DNA from: a virus
Lineage: Duplodnaviria; Caudoviricetes
DNA: 31,323 bases
Virus record (IMG/VR): IMGVR_UViG_3300027732_000082
Span: 1-31,323 of that record
Reading direction: 5' to 3' (one strand)
Part shown: piece by piece, positions 17,462 through 28,237 of the stretch
Layout: each line of letters begins with the position of its first letter
Numbering within the stretch: position 1 is the first letter of the stretch
Position numbers and translations under genes: made by a program
Notes under the pieces: generated by a model
What the model was told of the DNA's origin: nothing
What the model saw: only the letters and a program-made list of their open reading frames with translations
The model's database searches: none

Positions 17462-17492
17462 GAGTAAAGCACTTGCTAGGAGCTAGGAAAAC

Positions 17493-20400
17493 ATGGCTGT
17501 CACCAGAATAAAAAACAATCAGATCACTGATCAAACCATTGAATATACCAAGATCAAACCAGCTACCCTGGTTGGATCATTGTTTAATCCCAATGTAACT
17601 ATTGCATCAAACATCACCATTCAAGGTAACCTTAGCGTTACTGGTAATACTTATACTGTTAACAGCGTTGACACGCTGATCAACGATCCACTGGTTATTT
17701 TCAATAATGGATTTGTGGGTTCTCCGACCTATGACGTGGGTATGTTGATCAATCGAAACCTAGACCCAATCAATGCTGCCTGGGTCTGGCGTGAAGCCAA
17801 CGTTGGTTTTGCAGGCCTGTTGACTTCAGAAACAGGAACTACTACCGGTTCAGTTAACAACACTACCTATGCTAATCTGATCATTGGTAACACAATCATT
17901 GAAGCCTATAACGTAAATTCTGTCACTGCTGGCACAGGTGCATTCCAGGTACGTGGCGGCGCAGGCATAAGTGCTAACCTAGTGGTTGGTGGATCGATGA
18001 CTGTACTGGGCGCTGGTACTGGTGTAGCAAAAATTGACGCTAATACTCCAATCACACAGATTACATCACTTGCAAGCACACGCTATGCATTGATGGTCAC
18101 AGACACAAACAACAATGGCGCATTTGCACTGCGCACAGGCACAGCCAAGGGCGCAGAAATTCATACCTTTGGTGGCACCAACAACGATATCTATATCCAA
18201 CCAGACAGACTAAAGAGTATCTGGTTGCCTGCAGGCAATGCCGCAGTTTTAATTGACAACAACATTAACTCTACACTGGCCAATATTGGTGCATTGAATG
18301 TTACAGGATCTGGCGGTGTTTTTATTGGTGGTAATCTAAACGTTGGCACCAGTGCAAGTTTTGAAGCAGGACGAATTGTTGTTGCAGCACCGTCAGCTAA
18401 AGCCAACAGTATTGTACTGGGTGGATCCACAGGTGGCACACTGTACACAGGCATTGGTGTTGGCGTAACTGTACACGGTGGCGGCGTTGGTGGTACCAGC
18501 ATTGGTGACCGCAGCACTATCATTGGAGCCACAGCAGGTAATGCGGCACCAGGCACAGATAGTACACTGGTTGGTTACCAAGCAGGTGGATCAATCTCTG
18601 GCACCAACAATCAATTCTTTGGTACATTTGCAGGTAATGCAGTAAGCTCAGGTAGCTACAATGTTATCCTTGGCAGCTATGACGGTAATGTAATTGCCAG
18701 TTTGAGCAATCAGATAGTAATTGCTGACGGTGCAGGTGCACCACGTGTTCGTATTAATGCCGCCGGTAACACATTTGTTGTTAGCGGTGTAAACTCCACA
18801 ACAGCCAACACAGGTGCATTTGTTGTACAAGGCGGCGCGGGTATTGGCGGAAACCTAAACGTTGGTGGCGCCGCAGGCTTTGCAAGCGGACGAGCCATAC
18901 TAGATGCAACACAAACTTCTATCGTACTAGGTGCTAACACAGCCACTACATTCATGAGCACTGACTCTGTGTTCATTGGTCAGAAAATTGGCAGTAGCAC
19001 AGCATTTGGTGCCAAGACAACCATTGTTGGTAGCGAAGCAGCCGCAACAAACACAAACGGGGCAGAAACCACATTATTTGGTTATCGCACAGGCTATGTA
19101 GGCCCAGGTGAAAAGACCACAGCCATTGGTAGCCAAGCAGGTCTGAATCTACAAAGCACTGCACTACAAAATCAATTGTTTGGTTACCTTGCTGGTAGCC
19201 AACTCACCACAGGTGACTACAACGTAGTACTTGGTGCCAACACAATGACCGGAATTGAGACCGTTAACAACTATGTAATGATTGCAGACGGCCAGGGCAA
19301 CGCAAGATTGAGCTTTAATGATAGCGGTGTTGGCACACTCTACAACTCTACTGCGTCAACTTCACAGACAAACGGTGCGTTGATTGTATACGGTGGTATT
19401 GGAGTTGGTAAAGATTCTTTCTTTGGTGGTAACGTTACTGTACAGGCAAACTTGTTTGTGCTGGGCAATGTTGTTAGTTTAGATTCTGAAACACTAACAA
19501 CCAAAGACTCTACTATCCTGATGCACTACTTTGCTAACCTAACTCCGTTGGGGGCAAACGACAGCAGAGACATTGGTATAGTTTCTAACTACTATATCAG
19601 CACACCACAACAATCATTCTTTGGCTGGCAGAACAGTACCAGTAACTTTGTGTACATGGACAAGATTACAGAAAGTTCCGGTAACGTAGTCACTGGCACA
19701 TACGGTAACGTACAGTTTGGTAGCTTGTGGTTAAGCAACACCACCGCGGCCAGCGATCAGGTAACTGGTGCACTGGTTGTTAAAGGTGGTATTGGTACTG
19801 GTGCATTGTCTATATTACACAGTGCTACTGTTAATAATAATCTAACAGCCAGCGGTTCAGGAGCATTGATCACATTCAGTCCGACTGGTGCAGGCTATGT
19901 TACTATCAATCCAAACACTGCTGGTTCTATAGACAATATGGCAATTGGTGGATCAACACCAAAAGCTGGTAGCTTTACCACACTGTCTGCCACACAAAAT
20001 AATTTTAACGTTACCCTAAGCCCAACTGGCACAGGTACCGTGGCTATCAGTCCAGCTGGCGCATTAACTATCAATCCAACCACTGTTAGCAACATGGACA
20101 ACGTGTACATTGGTAACACGACTCCACGTCAGGCTACATTTACCGCAGCCAATGTACAGAACGACTTTAAACTGACTTCTTTCACTGGCAACAGTGTGTT
20201 GTTCATTGACAGTGCGGCAACCAGTAACCTGGCAATTACCCAGCGTAACGAAAACTTCAACTTCCAGGTCACTGCCAACACATTCAGTGGCTATAGCTTG
20301 AACGTTGGTGTTAACGGTGACACACAAACCGGAACAGATACATTAAATATTCGCTATCAAGGCGATGCCTACAATCCGCAGAGCACCATTGCCGCAAACA

Positions 20401-21755
20401 CCATTGGACAACTCGCAGGTTGGACAGTGAGCACATCACGTGGAACTGGTACTGCTCCTGTGATCAACCAAGACGGTGACGTAATTGGTCTACATGGTGC
20501 ATTTAACTATTCTGGCGGCACTGCTGCCTATCAAGAAGCAGTATCGTTGCGTTATGTGACACAAGGTACCACTGCTGCCGCAAGTGGTATTGGTGGACAA
20601 GCACAGTTATGGACCAAACGCGATAATAGTGTAAGCACACTGGCACTGCGTGTGGATGCTAATCAAATCGCAACATTCTACGGTCAAGTAGCGATCGCCA
20701 ATACCACAACAAGCACAAACACCACAACAGGTGCGTTGTATATTGCAGGTGGTATCAGCACAAGCGGTAACCTAAATGTTGCACAAGGCGCACGTATCAA
20801 TGATACACAAAATTCAAATCGTGACTTTATCGTTCGCGGTCCAAATGATGCCACTCTGATCTGGGCCAACACAGCACCTGGTTACAACACAGTGTTGATT
20901 GGTAACAGTGCTGTTAGTGCCAACGTGGTACAAGGTGCCAAACTACAGATATTCTCAACAGATTCATTCTTGATGCCAGTTGGTGATTCGGGACAGCGTC
21001 CTGATGTGGCAGTATCTGGTATGTTGCGATTCAATAGTTTTGCTGGGGATATTGAATACTATGACGGAGCAGCATGGTTTCAACCTAAGTCTGGTGCAGG
21101 TACTACTCTTGTAACAGACGACCAATACAGTGGTGACGGAGCCAACGTTTCGTTTACAATGACTCGCGGTGCAACCACAAACGGAACATTTGTAACACTG
21201 AACGGTGTGCTACAACATCCTAGCGTTGCATACAACTCATTTTCTGCCAACAGCAAATGCATATTCACAGAAGCACCAGCAGTGGGTGATGCAATTGACA
21301 TAAGATCGGTTACCCTCACAACAGAGATCGTTGGTCTATCATCACCAAATGGTTATGTGAGCTTTGCAACAGAAAATTCTGGTATGACATTCAAGACTGG
21401 TGAAACCCAGGCCAATACGTCAATACATGTTCATCAGAATTCAGGCGCACTGGAATATACTCCTGGCAATGTGCAGGTTGGTACATCACCTGCTGTGATT
21501 GACGTGTTTGATAAAACCGTGTACCGCAGTGGCAAGTATGTGATCAACGTACAAAGCGGCGCCGATTTTGAAGTAAGTGAAGTGATGGTCCTGCATGATG
21601 GCACCACTGCATATAGAACACAGTACAACAAGATTTATAATGCATCAAGTTTGGGTTCAGTCACAGCATCGATTACTGGGGGCAACGTGTACGTATTCTA
21701 CACCGGAATCGCAGCAACCAATTATGTCAAAACGACATCAAGTCACTATGGTTAA
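17493..21755 (+). CDS. Large tail fibre-like protein
   Basis: 1420 aa with six GA(L/F).V.GG.G..GNL.VG-type repeats, trimeric adhesin-like (T.IG..A) repeats and C-terminal modules shared with the 630-aa protein. Confidence 0.78.
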   Translation: MAVTRIKNNQITDQTIEYTKIKPATLVGSLFNPNVTIASNITIQGNLSVTGNTYTVNSVDTLINDPLVIFNNGFVGSPTYDVGMLINRNLDPINAAWVWREANVGFAGLLTSETGTTTGSVNNTTYANLIIGNTIIEAYNVNSVTAGTGAFQVRGGAGISANLVVGGSMTVLGAGTGVAKIDANTPITQITSLASTRYALMVTDTNNNGAFALRTGTAKGAEIHTFGGTNNDIYIQPDRLKSIWLPAGNAAVLIDNNINSTLANIGALNVTGSGGVFIGGNLNVGTSASFEAGRIVVAAPSAKANSIVLGGSTGGTLYTGIGVGVTVHGGGVGGTSIGDRSTIIGATAGNAAPGTDSTLVGYQAGGSISGTNNQFFGTFAGNAVSSGSYNVILGSYDGNVIASLSNQIVIADGAGAPRVRINAAGNTFVVSGVNSTTANTGAFVVQGGAGIGGNLNVGGAAGFASGRAILDATQTSIVLGANTATTFMSTDSVFIGQKIGSSTAFGAKTTIVGSEAAATNTNGAETTLFGYRTGYVGPGEKTTAIGSQAGLNLQSTALQNQLFGYLAGSQLTTGDYNVVLGANTMTGIETVNNYVMIADGQGNARLSFNDSGVGTLYNSTASTSQTNGALIVYGGIGVGKDSFFGGNVTVQANLFVLGNVVSLDSETLTTKDSTILMHYFANLTPLGANDSRDIGIVSNYYISTPQQSFFGWQNSTSNFVYMDKITESSGNVVTGTYGNVQFGSLWLSNTTAASDQVTGALVVKGGIGTGALSILHSATVNNNLTASGSGALITFSPTGAGYVTINPNTAGSIDNMAIGGSTPKAGSFTTLSATQNNFNVTLSPTGTGTVAISPAGALTINPTTVSNMDNVYIGNTTPRQATFTAANVQNDFKLTSFTGNSVLFIDSAATSNLAITQRNENFNFQVTANTFSGYSLNVGVNGDTQTGTDTLNIRYQGDAYNPQSTIAANTIGQLAGWTVSTSRGTGTAPVINQDGDVIGLHGAFNYSGGTAAYQEAVSLRYVTQGTTAAASGIGGQAQLWTKRDNSVSTLALRVDANQIATFYGQVAIANTTTSTNTTTGALYIAGGISTSGNLNVAQGARINDTQNSNRDFIVRGPNDATLIWANTAPGYNTVLIGNSAVSANVVQGAKLQIFSTDSFLMPVGDSGQRPDVAVSGMLRFNSFAGDIEYYDGAAWFQPKSGAGTTLVTDDQYSGDGANVSFTMTRGATTNGTFVTLNGVLQHPSVAYNSFSANSKCIFTEAPAVGDAIDIRSVTLTTEIVGLSSPNGYVSFATENSGMTFKTGETQANTSIHVHQNSGALEYTPGNVQVGTSPAVIDVFDKTVYRSGKYVINVQSGADFEVSEVMVLHDGTTAYRTQYNKIYNASSLGSVTASITGGNVYVFYTGIAATNYVKTTSSHYG

Positions 21756-21778
21756 TGGCCCAAGACTGGGCCAGATGC

Positions 21779-21784
21779 TAAATA
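21779..21784 (+). promoter_or_regulatory. Late promoter core TAAATA
   Basis: CTAAATA before an AAGGA SD and ATG 21804, preceded by the hairpin TGGCCCA-AGAC-TGGGCCA (21756-21773). Confidence 0.6.
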
Positions 21785-21803
21785 GTGTATAAGGATAAGC
21801 AGC

Positions 21804-21989
21804 ATGGCAAATTCATATTTTGAAGTGGACGTGGGAGTAAATGTCGGAGGAGTTAGCATCAATGCAACTTCGGGCAATATCACCACCACTGGAAACATAA
21901 TCTTAAACACCACCACGATAAGCTACACCGCTAACAGCGTGACTCCAAAAAGTTACGTTGATAATATAGCAGTGGTGTTTGGTGTATAA
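21804..21989 (+). CDS. Small virion protein, paralogous C-terminus to 30021-30230
   Basis: 61 aa ending SYTANSVTPKSYVDNIAVVFGV, with own promoter and SD. Confidence 0.75.
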   Translation: MANSYFEVDVGVNVGGVSINATSGNITTTGNIILNTTTISYTANSVTPKSYVDNIAVVFGV

Positions 21990-21992
21990 ATA
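21985..21992 (+). promoter_or_regulatory. Late promoter TATAAATA (exact T4 consensus)
   Basis: Overlaps the stop of the 61-aa gene, upstream of an AAGGT SD and ATG 22019. Confidence 0.75.
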
Positions 21993-22018
21993 AGTAAATT
22001 ACAACAAGGTAGACTAAA

Positions 22019-25000
22019 ATGGCAAGAAAAGCGATACAAAATTATATTTTTGCACCAAGCACAAAGCAAGTGATCATTCCTGATCCTTACAAGCTGGGTG
22101 ATATTTTAATGATTACCAATGTGACCCGTAACACGGTGATCTACAATTTTGGTGATCCTAGCAGAGGTGGAACAATTGCATTTACCAATGCACCTAGTGC
22201 AACGCTGCTCAGTGCGTCTGGAACAGCAGTGTCGTCGGGTAAAGCTATTTTTAGCAACCTTAACAATGGCTTTACGACCATCACTCTGACATTTGACACT
22301 GTGGGTGCAGGCCATGCAGCTGGTGATCAACTGCAGATCTATGTTGAAACATCAGAGCTAAAAGTTCGTCCATATGATTTTGGTGTTGACGCTGTTGAGC
22401 GTATGAAAGTTGCCGCGCCACAGTCCTTGATTGATGCAGACTTTGAATATGGTATGCAGCCAACCAAGTGGGTTCAGTTTGCTACCATGAACGACATGCC
22501 AACAGTGTATGAAATGCCAGGTAGTGATTTGCTTCCTACAGTGGGTAGTTATGCTACATTTATCAGTGGTGGGTCAGGCGCTGCCAGTACCTGGATCTCA
22601 AGTCCATCACAAACAAGTATACTGGTCCAGAATCAAGGTTTTGATGGTGGCGGCCAGCTCACACAAGCAGGTCCACGATCAATCACCAATGGTTATTATC
22701 TGGTTATTGCTCAAGGCCAAGCTGGTATGCCCAATTGCGCATCCGGCACAACCAGTATTACTCATGAGCTGCCGATTAGAATTGAAACTGGTGGTATGTT
22801 CCAGCGTACATTTACAGTTGGAAACACAGCAGCCTGGAGCCCAGGCGACATCGCCTGCGTGGTTGAAATGCCAGGTGAAGGCGCACAAGGTGGCACATAT
22901 GGCTTAAACGGTGCCGCAGTTGTTGCTACCACGATCACTGCCACAATGACTGCTGGACTACAAACATTTGCTGCCAATAACACAGCGATTGCAGCCAACT
23001 CAATCATCATGGTTGAAACCACACAGTTTGGTGTATGGGAAGCCATGCAGGTCACAGCCGGTGGTGGTTCTGCTGCTTTAACTGCAATCCGCAATCTATG
23101 GGGAACCAATGCAGGCAACGCCACAATTGCTATTGGCGCACGTATTCGTCAGCTGTCTGGTAACACTGGTAGCTATTCTAACGCCAACGTTGAAACCATG
23201 CGCATTGACAGCGTGGATTCATACAATCAGTTCACAGTAACTCGTTCATGGTTCAACGTCAACGCCAGCCCGACATTTGGTGCAAACTCAATTGTGTTCA
23301 AAGTTAACCACACAGCAAATTCTGCTATTGCAATGGATCCTGCCAACATTGAGATCGTGCGTGGCACAACTGTTAACCCTGTTAATCTAAGTGGTAACCC
23401 AGGTCAAGTGATTGAACGTGCTCGCCTAGGTACTGCGCCATTGAACGCGGCCGGCCCAGGCAGTTTGTTTATTGGCCTAACTGGTGCATTCTATTCAGGC
23501 AACACCAGCGTTCCAGCGGTTAACATGTTTATTCCTGCTCACGGTCTAGGCAACTATTCCAACACCAACGTGGCCAACACCTATATCAGTACCCTTGGTA
23601 TGAGCCAGGCAATCACAGTGAGCAACGTGGAAGGCGTGTTTATTAACCAAATCAATGATGCCAGCTACATCAAGTATTATCCTAAAACTGGTATCAACCA
23701 GTTGCCAGGCTATCAGCTCAACATGAACGATTCGCAGACCATTGTGCGTCGCGGCGGAATCTACACCGGTGCCAATATCTTGGTTGCCAATGTCACATCC
23801 AACGTTGGATCACCAAGTTTGGTCACTGTTAACTGTGTGTACCCACATGGTATCACACCAGGACAAGTGGTACAGGTACAGTTGTCATCTGGCCTACAGA
23901 GCACTGGACAATTTGCCAACATCTATGAAGCAGGCTCAGGACAATTTACTATTCAAAGCACTCCAACTCCCAAGAGCTTTACCTATATTGGTAAAGCAAA
24001 CTTGATCATACCATCACTACAAACTGTGGGCACGATTGGCTCAGGAGGTCAAATTTTTGCCAACGTTACATATTTCCCAAGTGGTTTGGTAAAACACCGT
24101 CCGTTTGATGGTGGTAACAACATTGGTACCAACACACCAGCACACGGCTACGAGATGACTCGTCAAACCAAGAAATACTTCCGCTATCAGTCTGGTAAAG
24201 GCACTATGTTTACCACTGGTACACAGTTCATGCCAACCTTCCAGCTGGCAAACGTTATTGCAGCTAATACCACACTGGGCAGTGTGATTTCTATCACATG
24301 TGAAAACGAACACGGTCTGCAGATTGGCGCAAACGTAAACCTATATGGTATCAGTACCAGTGGCTACAGCACATTCTATCGCGTGGCAACTATCACCAAC
24401 AGCAACCAGTTCACTGTGTTAGCAACAGGAGCACTGGGATCAGTGAACCCAAGCTTCAGTAGAACAAATCTAAGCACCACAGAATATGCTGGCATAAGCT
24501 ACCCACGTGTGACAGTTGTTAACTGGCACGGTAGCAAAGTTCGTTCAGGTATCTTTGATGACGGTAACGGCGTGTTCTATGAATATGATGGCACCACATT
24601 CTGGGCTGTTAAACGCAGCAGTACCAATGATATTGCCGGGCGTATCTCCATACAGGTAGGCAGTAATTATGTGGTTGGCGACGGTTTCACAAGATTCACT
24701 GACCAGTTGAACACCGGTGATCAGATCCTGATCAAGGGTATGACACACACAATCACTGACGTAACAGATCAAAATCGCATGCATGTTATTCCGGTATATC
24801 GAGGTGGGGTCAATGCACAGGACACACGTATTGTGCGCATCAGTGAAGAACGCACTCCACAAAGTGCATTTAACACGGACCGAGCAGATGGCACAGGCCC
24901 AAGCGGATATGTGATGAACTTGCAAAAGATGCAGATGGTCGGCATACAATACACATGGTACGGTGCTGGTTTTGTTGACTACATGGTTCGTGGAATTGAA

Positions 25001-28000
25001 GGTAGGATGCATTTCTTACATCGCAGCAAGGGCAACAACGTCAACGATGAAGCCTACATGCGTACTGGCAACTTGCCAGCACGTTACCAGGCTGTTAACA
25101 AAGGCGCACGTACTTGGACCAGCAAAGCAGTTCCAGCAAATGAGTCAACAGAAATCCAGTTGTACAATGTGAGCGAGTTTCCAACAGCCAATGCTACATA
25201 TCCTGTCACAATTCAAGTTGACAACGAATTGATCCGGTACACAGGGGTGTTCACAGCAAACGGTAACATCACTGGTATCACACGTGGCGCTACATTGAGC
25301 AACTATGTTCTAAACGAGCCTCGTGCCAACTGGAAGAACAGCAATGCTGGTGTAAACTGGGTTGACTCAGGTGTCAACGTAAGTGCAACTTGGTCTGCAC
25401 AAGCATTTAATCCTGCAGCAGGTGTGTGGGTGGCTGTTGCAGGCCACGGCACAGCTGGATCAACCAGCCAGGCCACAGCATACAGCTTTGATGGTCATAC
25501 CTGGACACCAGGTGGTAGCCTACCCAGTAACTCACAGTGGATCAGCATAGCCTACGGCAAGCTAAACGGTGTGGACACATTTGTTGCGGTAGCAAACGAA
25601 AGCGGAACTGTTTCGGCATACAGTCAGGACAATGGTGTGACCTGGACCAGTCTAGCACTGTCAGCCACCCAGCGTTGGTCATCGGTTAGTTACGGACTTG
25701 ATCAAAACAACGTTCCTGTGTTTGTGGCAATTTCAGGCACAAACACTGCAAGCACTGCTACTGCATATCTAAAAGTGATTGGCACAGGTTGGGTTGCTGG
25801 CGGCGCACTAAGTGCAAGCCAGATGTGGAACTCTGTTGCGTTTGGTAGATGTACCGCAGCAAACAGCACCTTGGCAGCACTGGCTGGCAGAAGTAATTTC
25901 TTTGTGTGCGTGGGCTCTGGCGCAACCTTGACCACAGCTGGTACCATTGGTAACTATTCCACAGATGGCGGCGTGACCTGGACAGCATTTACTATTACCT
26001 CAGGAACCTGGTGCTCAATTGCATTTGGTAACAACACCTGGATGGCTATCTCGGGTGGACTAGGCACAACAGCAGCATCAGCACACACATCCATCCATGG
26101 CAATCCAACTGGTACCTGGGTAGCAATGACCCTGCCAAGCTCTAGTGCATGGCGCAGTATTGCCTGGGGTCCAATCTATTCAATGAGCCAAACTGCTGTA
26201 CCAAACGTTGGTGTAGCAGGACAATGGTTTGCAGTCAGCGAAACATCAGGCACTGTTGGTGCCTATGTGACTAACCCGCACTTGTTTGGTATTGGAGTAG
26301 CACCAACCTGGGTAGCAACCACACTGCCAACCACAGCCACCTGGACCACGCTGTGCTGGGGCAAAGGCATGTTCACTGCCATGGCTCCGACCCTGTATCA
26401 AGTGGCTATAACCACACATGGTAACACATTTGTTGGCACAGAGCTAACCACAGCAGCTAACTGGAGTGGCGTGGCAGCAGGATATGGTAACCTAGTTGCT
26501 GTGCAATTTGGTGGCACTGGTGTTCAATCAAGCTTCAATGGTGGACGCCAATGGCAAGCAACTGGTGCACTGGCATCGAGCTCAAACTGGATTGATGTAG
26601 CCTACGGTCCTCTAATTGGTCGTAACGCTCAAGGTCGTTATGTTGCAATCAGCAACACCAGCGGTACAATAAACAACTATCAAGACTCAGACAATCTTGG
26701 CACAACCTGGATTGCTGGTGGCGCACTGCCAGCAACAGCAACCTGGCAGAGCATTGCATTTGTAAACGGTGCATTTGTTTGCGTAGCAACAGGATCACAA
26801 ACTTCTGCCTACTCAAGAGATGGTTCAATTAGCTGGACAGGTGTTAACTTGCCAACCAGTTCCAACTGGAATAGTGTAGCAGGCGGTATTGTACCGAGTC
26901 TGCGAACAACAACCGGTAATGTGTATGCAGTGGTTGCTGTTAGCGCAACTTCTGGCACAATAGCAGCCTACTCTAACGTGGTTACCACGCTGGGTGCAAG
27001 TGGCGGTATGAGCACACTGAGCTTGTGGGGCAGTGCTACACTACCTGCCACAGCTGAGTGGCAAGCAGTGGGCTATGGCTTTGATTCAATAAACAACGTT
27101 GGTCGATTCATTGCAATAGCAGGCGCAGGTAGCCAGGCAACAGCAATTTCCACAACCGGTGGCGCAACCTGGACAGCTGGTGGTAACCTGCCAGTGAGCA
27201 GTAACTGGACCAAAATTGCATACGGTGCAAACAGTGTCTGGGTAGCAATCAGCAATGCTCGTGACACTATTGCAGCCTACTCTAAAGATGAAGGTGTGAC
27301 CTGGGCGGCAGCTACACTGCCAATCGCAACCAACTGGACAGACGTGATATACGCACCAACACACCATACCTTTGTGGCTATTTCTGGTAATGCAACCAAT
27401 GCTTCAGCCAACGTATCAGTATCATATGCCACAGGTGGTATTGGACAATCACACACAGCAAATGCAGGTGTCAAGGTTGTGAGTGTAACAGCAAGTCCAG
27501 ATCTGAATCACTGGGGTAGTGCAGTGATCATGGACGGTGGCTTTACAGTTGACCGTACCTACACCTTTACCTACAACGTAACAGGTTTCAACGTGGTTGG
27601 TACAGCAGGTGCTGCACAGACCATGTTTATGATGAGATTGGCGCCATCAATCAGTAACTCCTTGACAGGTGATCTAGGTGGAAAAGAACTGATCAACCGT
27701 GCGCAGGTGTTGTTGCAGAGCATGTATATCAACGTTGGTTCAGGAGCTGGACGTTATTTGGTACAAGGTTTGTTGAATCCAACCAACGTGGTAAATGCAA
27801 ACTGGAAACCATTGAACACAGCTACAACTTTCTTGCAGCCTAGCTTTACACAGTTCGTGGCCAACGGTCTTGCAGCAACAACTGCAACTGTGCGACAGAT
27901 TGAATTTGGTACAGGCGGCCAAAACCTTGCAGCCACAGGTGGAGAGCAACTGTTCTCTATCCCAGTAACACAAACCAACTCTGGATTCTTGGACCTGAGC

Positions 28001-28147
28001 CAGATCAAGGAAATCACTTCCATGGTGTTGCCAGGTATGGGCACTTATCCAAACGGTAACGAGATTTTGGCAATTAATATTATTCCAATTACCGCAGTGG
28101 CATCAAACGTTGACATTCAGTTAACATTTATTGAGTCTCAGGCTTAA
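22019..28147 (+). CDS. Very large virion structural / receptor-binding protein with internal beta-propeller (Asp-box/BNR-like) repeats
   Basis: 2042 aa. PQSLIDADFEYG.QPTKW and RQTKKYFRYQSGKG motifs resemble T4-like phage structural proteins. About 14 W-x-x-(I/V)A(Y/F)G...(F/W)VA repeats with YSxDxGxTW boxes. Confidence 0.8.
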   Translation: MARKAIQNYIFAPSTKQVIIPDPYKLGDILMITNVTRNTVIYNFGDPSRGGTIAFTNAPSATLLSASGTAVSSGKAIFSNLNNGFTTITLTFDTVGAGHAAGDQLQIYVETSELKVRPYDFGVDAVERMKVAAPQSLIDADFEYGMQPTKWVQFATMNDMPTVYEMPGSDLLPTVGSYATFISGGSGAASTWISSPSQTSILVQNQGFDGGGQLTQAGPRSITNGYYLVIAQGQAGMPNCASGTTSITHELPIRIETGGMFQRTFTVGNTAAWSPGDIACVVEMPGEGAQGGTYGLNGAAVVATTITATMTAGLQTFAANNTAIAANSIIMVETTQFGVWEAMQVTAGGGSAALTAIRNLWGTNAGNATIAIGARIRQLSGNTGSYSNANVETMRIDSVDSYNQFTVTRSWFNVNASPTFGANSIVFKVNHTANSAIAMDPANIEIVRGTTVNPVNLSGNPGQVIERARLGTAPLNAAGPGSLFIGLTGAFYSGNTSVPAVNMFIPAHGLGNYSNTNVANTYISTLGMSQAITVSNVEGVFINQINDASYIKYYPKTGINQLPGYQLNMNDSQTIVRRGGIYTGANILVANVTSNVGSPSLVTVNCVYPHGITPGQVVQVQLSSGLQSTGQFANIYEAGSGQFTIQSTPTPKSFTYIGKANLIIPSLQTVGTIGSGGQIFANVTYFPSGLVKHRPFDGGNNIGTNTPAHGYEMTRQTKKYFRYQSGKGTMFTTGTQFMPTFQLANVIAANTTLGSVISITCENEHGLQIGANVNLYGISTSGYSTFYRVATITNSNQFTVLATGALGSVNPSFSRTNLSTTEYAGISYPRVTVVNWHGSKVRSGIFDDGNGVFYEYDGTTFWAVKRSSTNDIAGRISIQVGSNYVVGDGFTRFTDQLNTGDQILIKGMTHTITDVTDQNRMHVIPVYRGGVNAQDTRIVRISEERTPQSAFNTDRADGTGPSGYVMNLQKMQMVGIQYTWYGAGFVDYMVRGIEGRMHFLHRSKGNNVNDEAYMRTGNLPARYQAVNKGARTWTSKAVPANESTEIQLYNVSEFPTANATYPVTIQVDNELIRYTGVFTANGNITGITRGATLSNYVLNEPRANWKNSNAGVNWVDSGVNVSATWSAQAFNPAAGVWVAVAGHGTAGSTSQATAYSFDGHTWTPGGSLPSNSQWISIAYGKLNGVDTFVAVANESGTVSAYSQDNGVTWTSLALSATQRWSSVSYGLDQNNVPVFVAISGTNTASTATAYLKVIGTGWVAGGALSASQMWNSVAFGRCTAANSTLAALAGRSNFFVCVGSGATLTTAGTIGNYSTDGGVTWTAFTITSGTWCSIAFGNNTWMAISGGLGTTAASAHTSIHGNPTGTWVAMTLPSSSAWRSIAWGPIYSMSQTAVPNVGVAGQWFAVSETSGTVGAYVTNPHLFGIGVAPTWVATTLPTTATWTTLCWGKGMFTAMAPTLYQVAITTHGNTFVGTELTTAANWSGVAAGYGNLVAVQFGGTGVQSSFNGGRQWQATGALASSSNWIDVAYGPLIGRNAQGRYVAISNTSGTINNYQDSDNLGTTWIAGGALPATATWQSIAFVNGAFVCVATGSQTSAYSRDGSISWTGVNLPTSSNWNSVAGGIVPSLRTTTGNVYAVVAVSATSGTIAAYSNVVTTLGASGGMSTLSLWGSATLPATAEWQAVGYGFDSINNVGRFIAIAGAGSQATAISTTGGATWTAGGNLPVSSNWTKIAYGANSVWVAISNARDTIAAYSKDEGVTWAAATLPIATNWTDVIYAPTHHTFVAISGNATNASANVSVSYATGGIGQSHTANAGVKVVSVTASPDLNHWGSAVIMDGGFTVDRTYTFTYNVTGFNVVGTAGAAQTMFMMRLAPSISNSLTGDLGGKELINRAQVLLQSMYINVGSGAGRYLVQGLLNPTNVVNANWKPLNTATTFLQPSFTQFVANGLAATTATVRQIEFGTGGQNLAATGGEQLFSIPVTQTNSGFLDLSQIKEITSMVLPGMGTYPNGNEILAINIIPITAVASNVDIQLTFIESQA

Positions 28148-28165
28148 TTGTAGTCAGCAAAAACC

Positions 28166-28191
28166 AAAAAAGCACCTTCGGGTGCTTTTTT
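28166..28191 (+). terminator. Intrinsic terminator (potentially bidirectional)
   Basis: AAAAAAGCACC-TTCG-GGTGCTTTTTT with a C(UUCG)G tetraloop typical of T4-like phages. Confidence 0.92.
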
Positions 28192-28208
28192 GTTATATAG
28201 CTCTGACC

Positions 28209-28216
28209 CATAAATA
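28209..28216 (+). promoter_or_regulatory. Late promoter CATAAATA
   Basis: Follows the terminator, 21 nt before ATG 28238. Confidence 0.7.
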
Positions 28217-28237
28217 CACTATAGGCATGAGACCACG

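Noticed and set aside
17475-17488. Tandem GCTAGGA-GCTAGGA before the 1420-aa gene
   Set aside because: Only 7 bp twice and coincident with the SD; too short to support a separate element.
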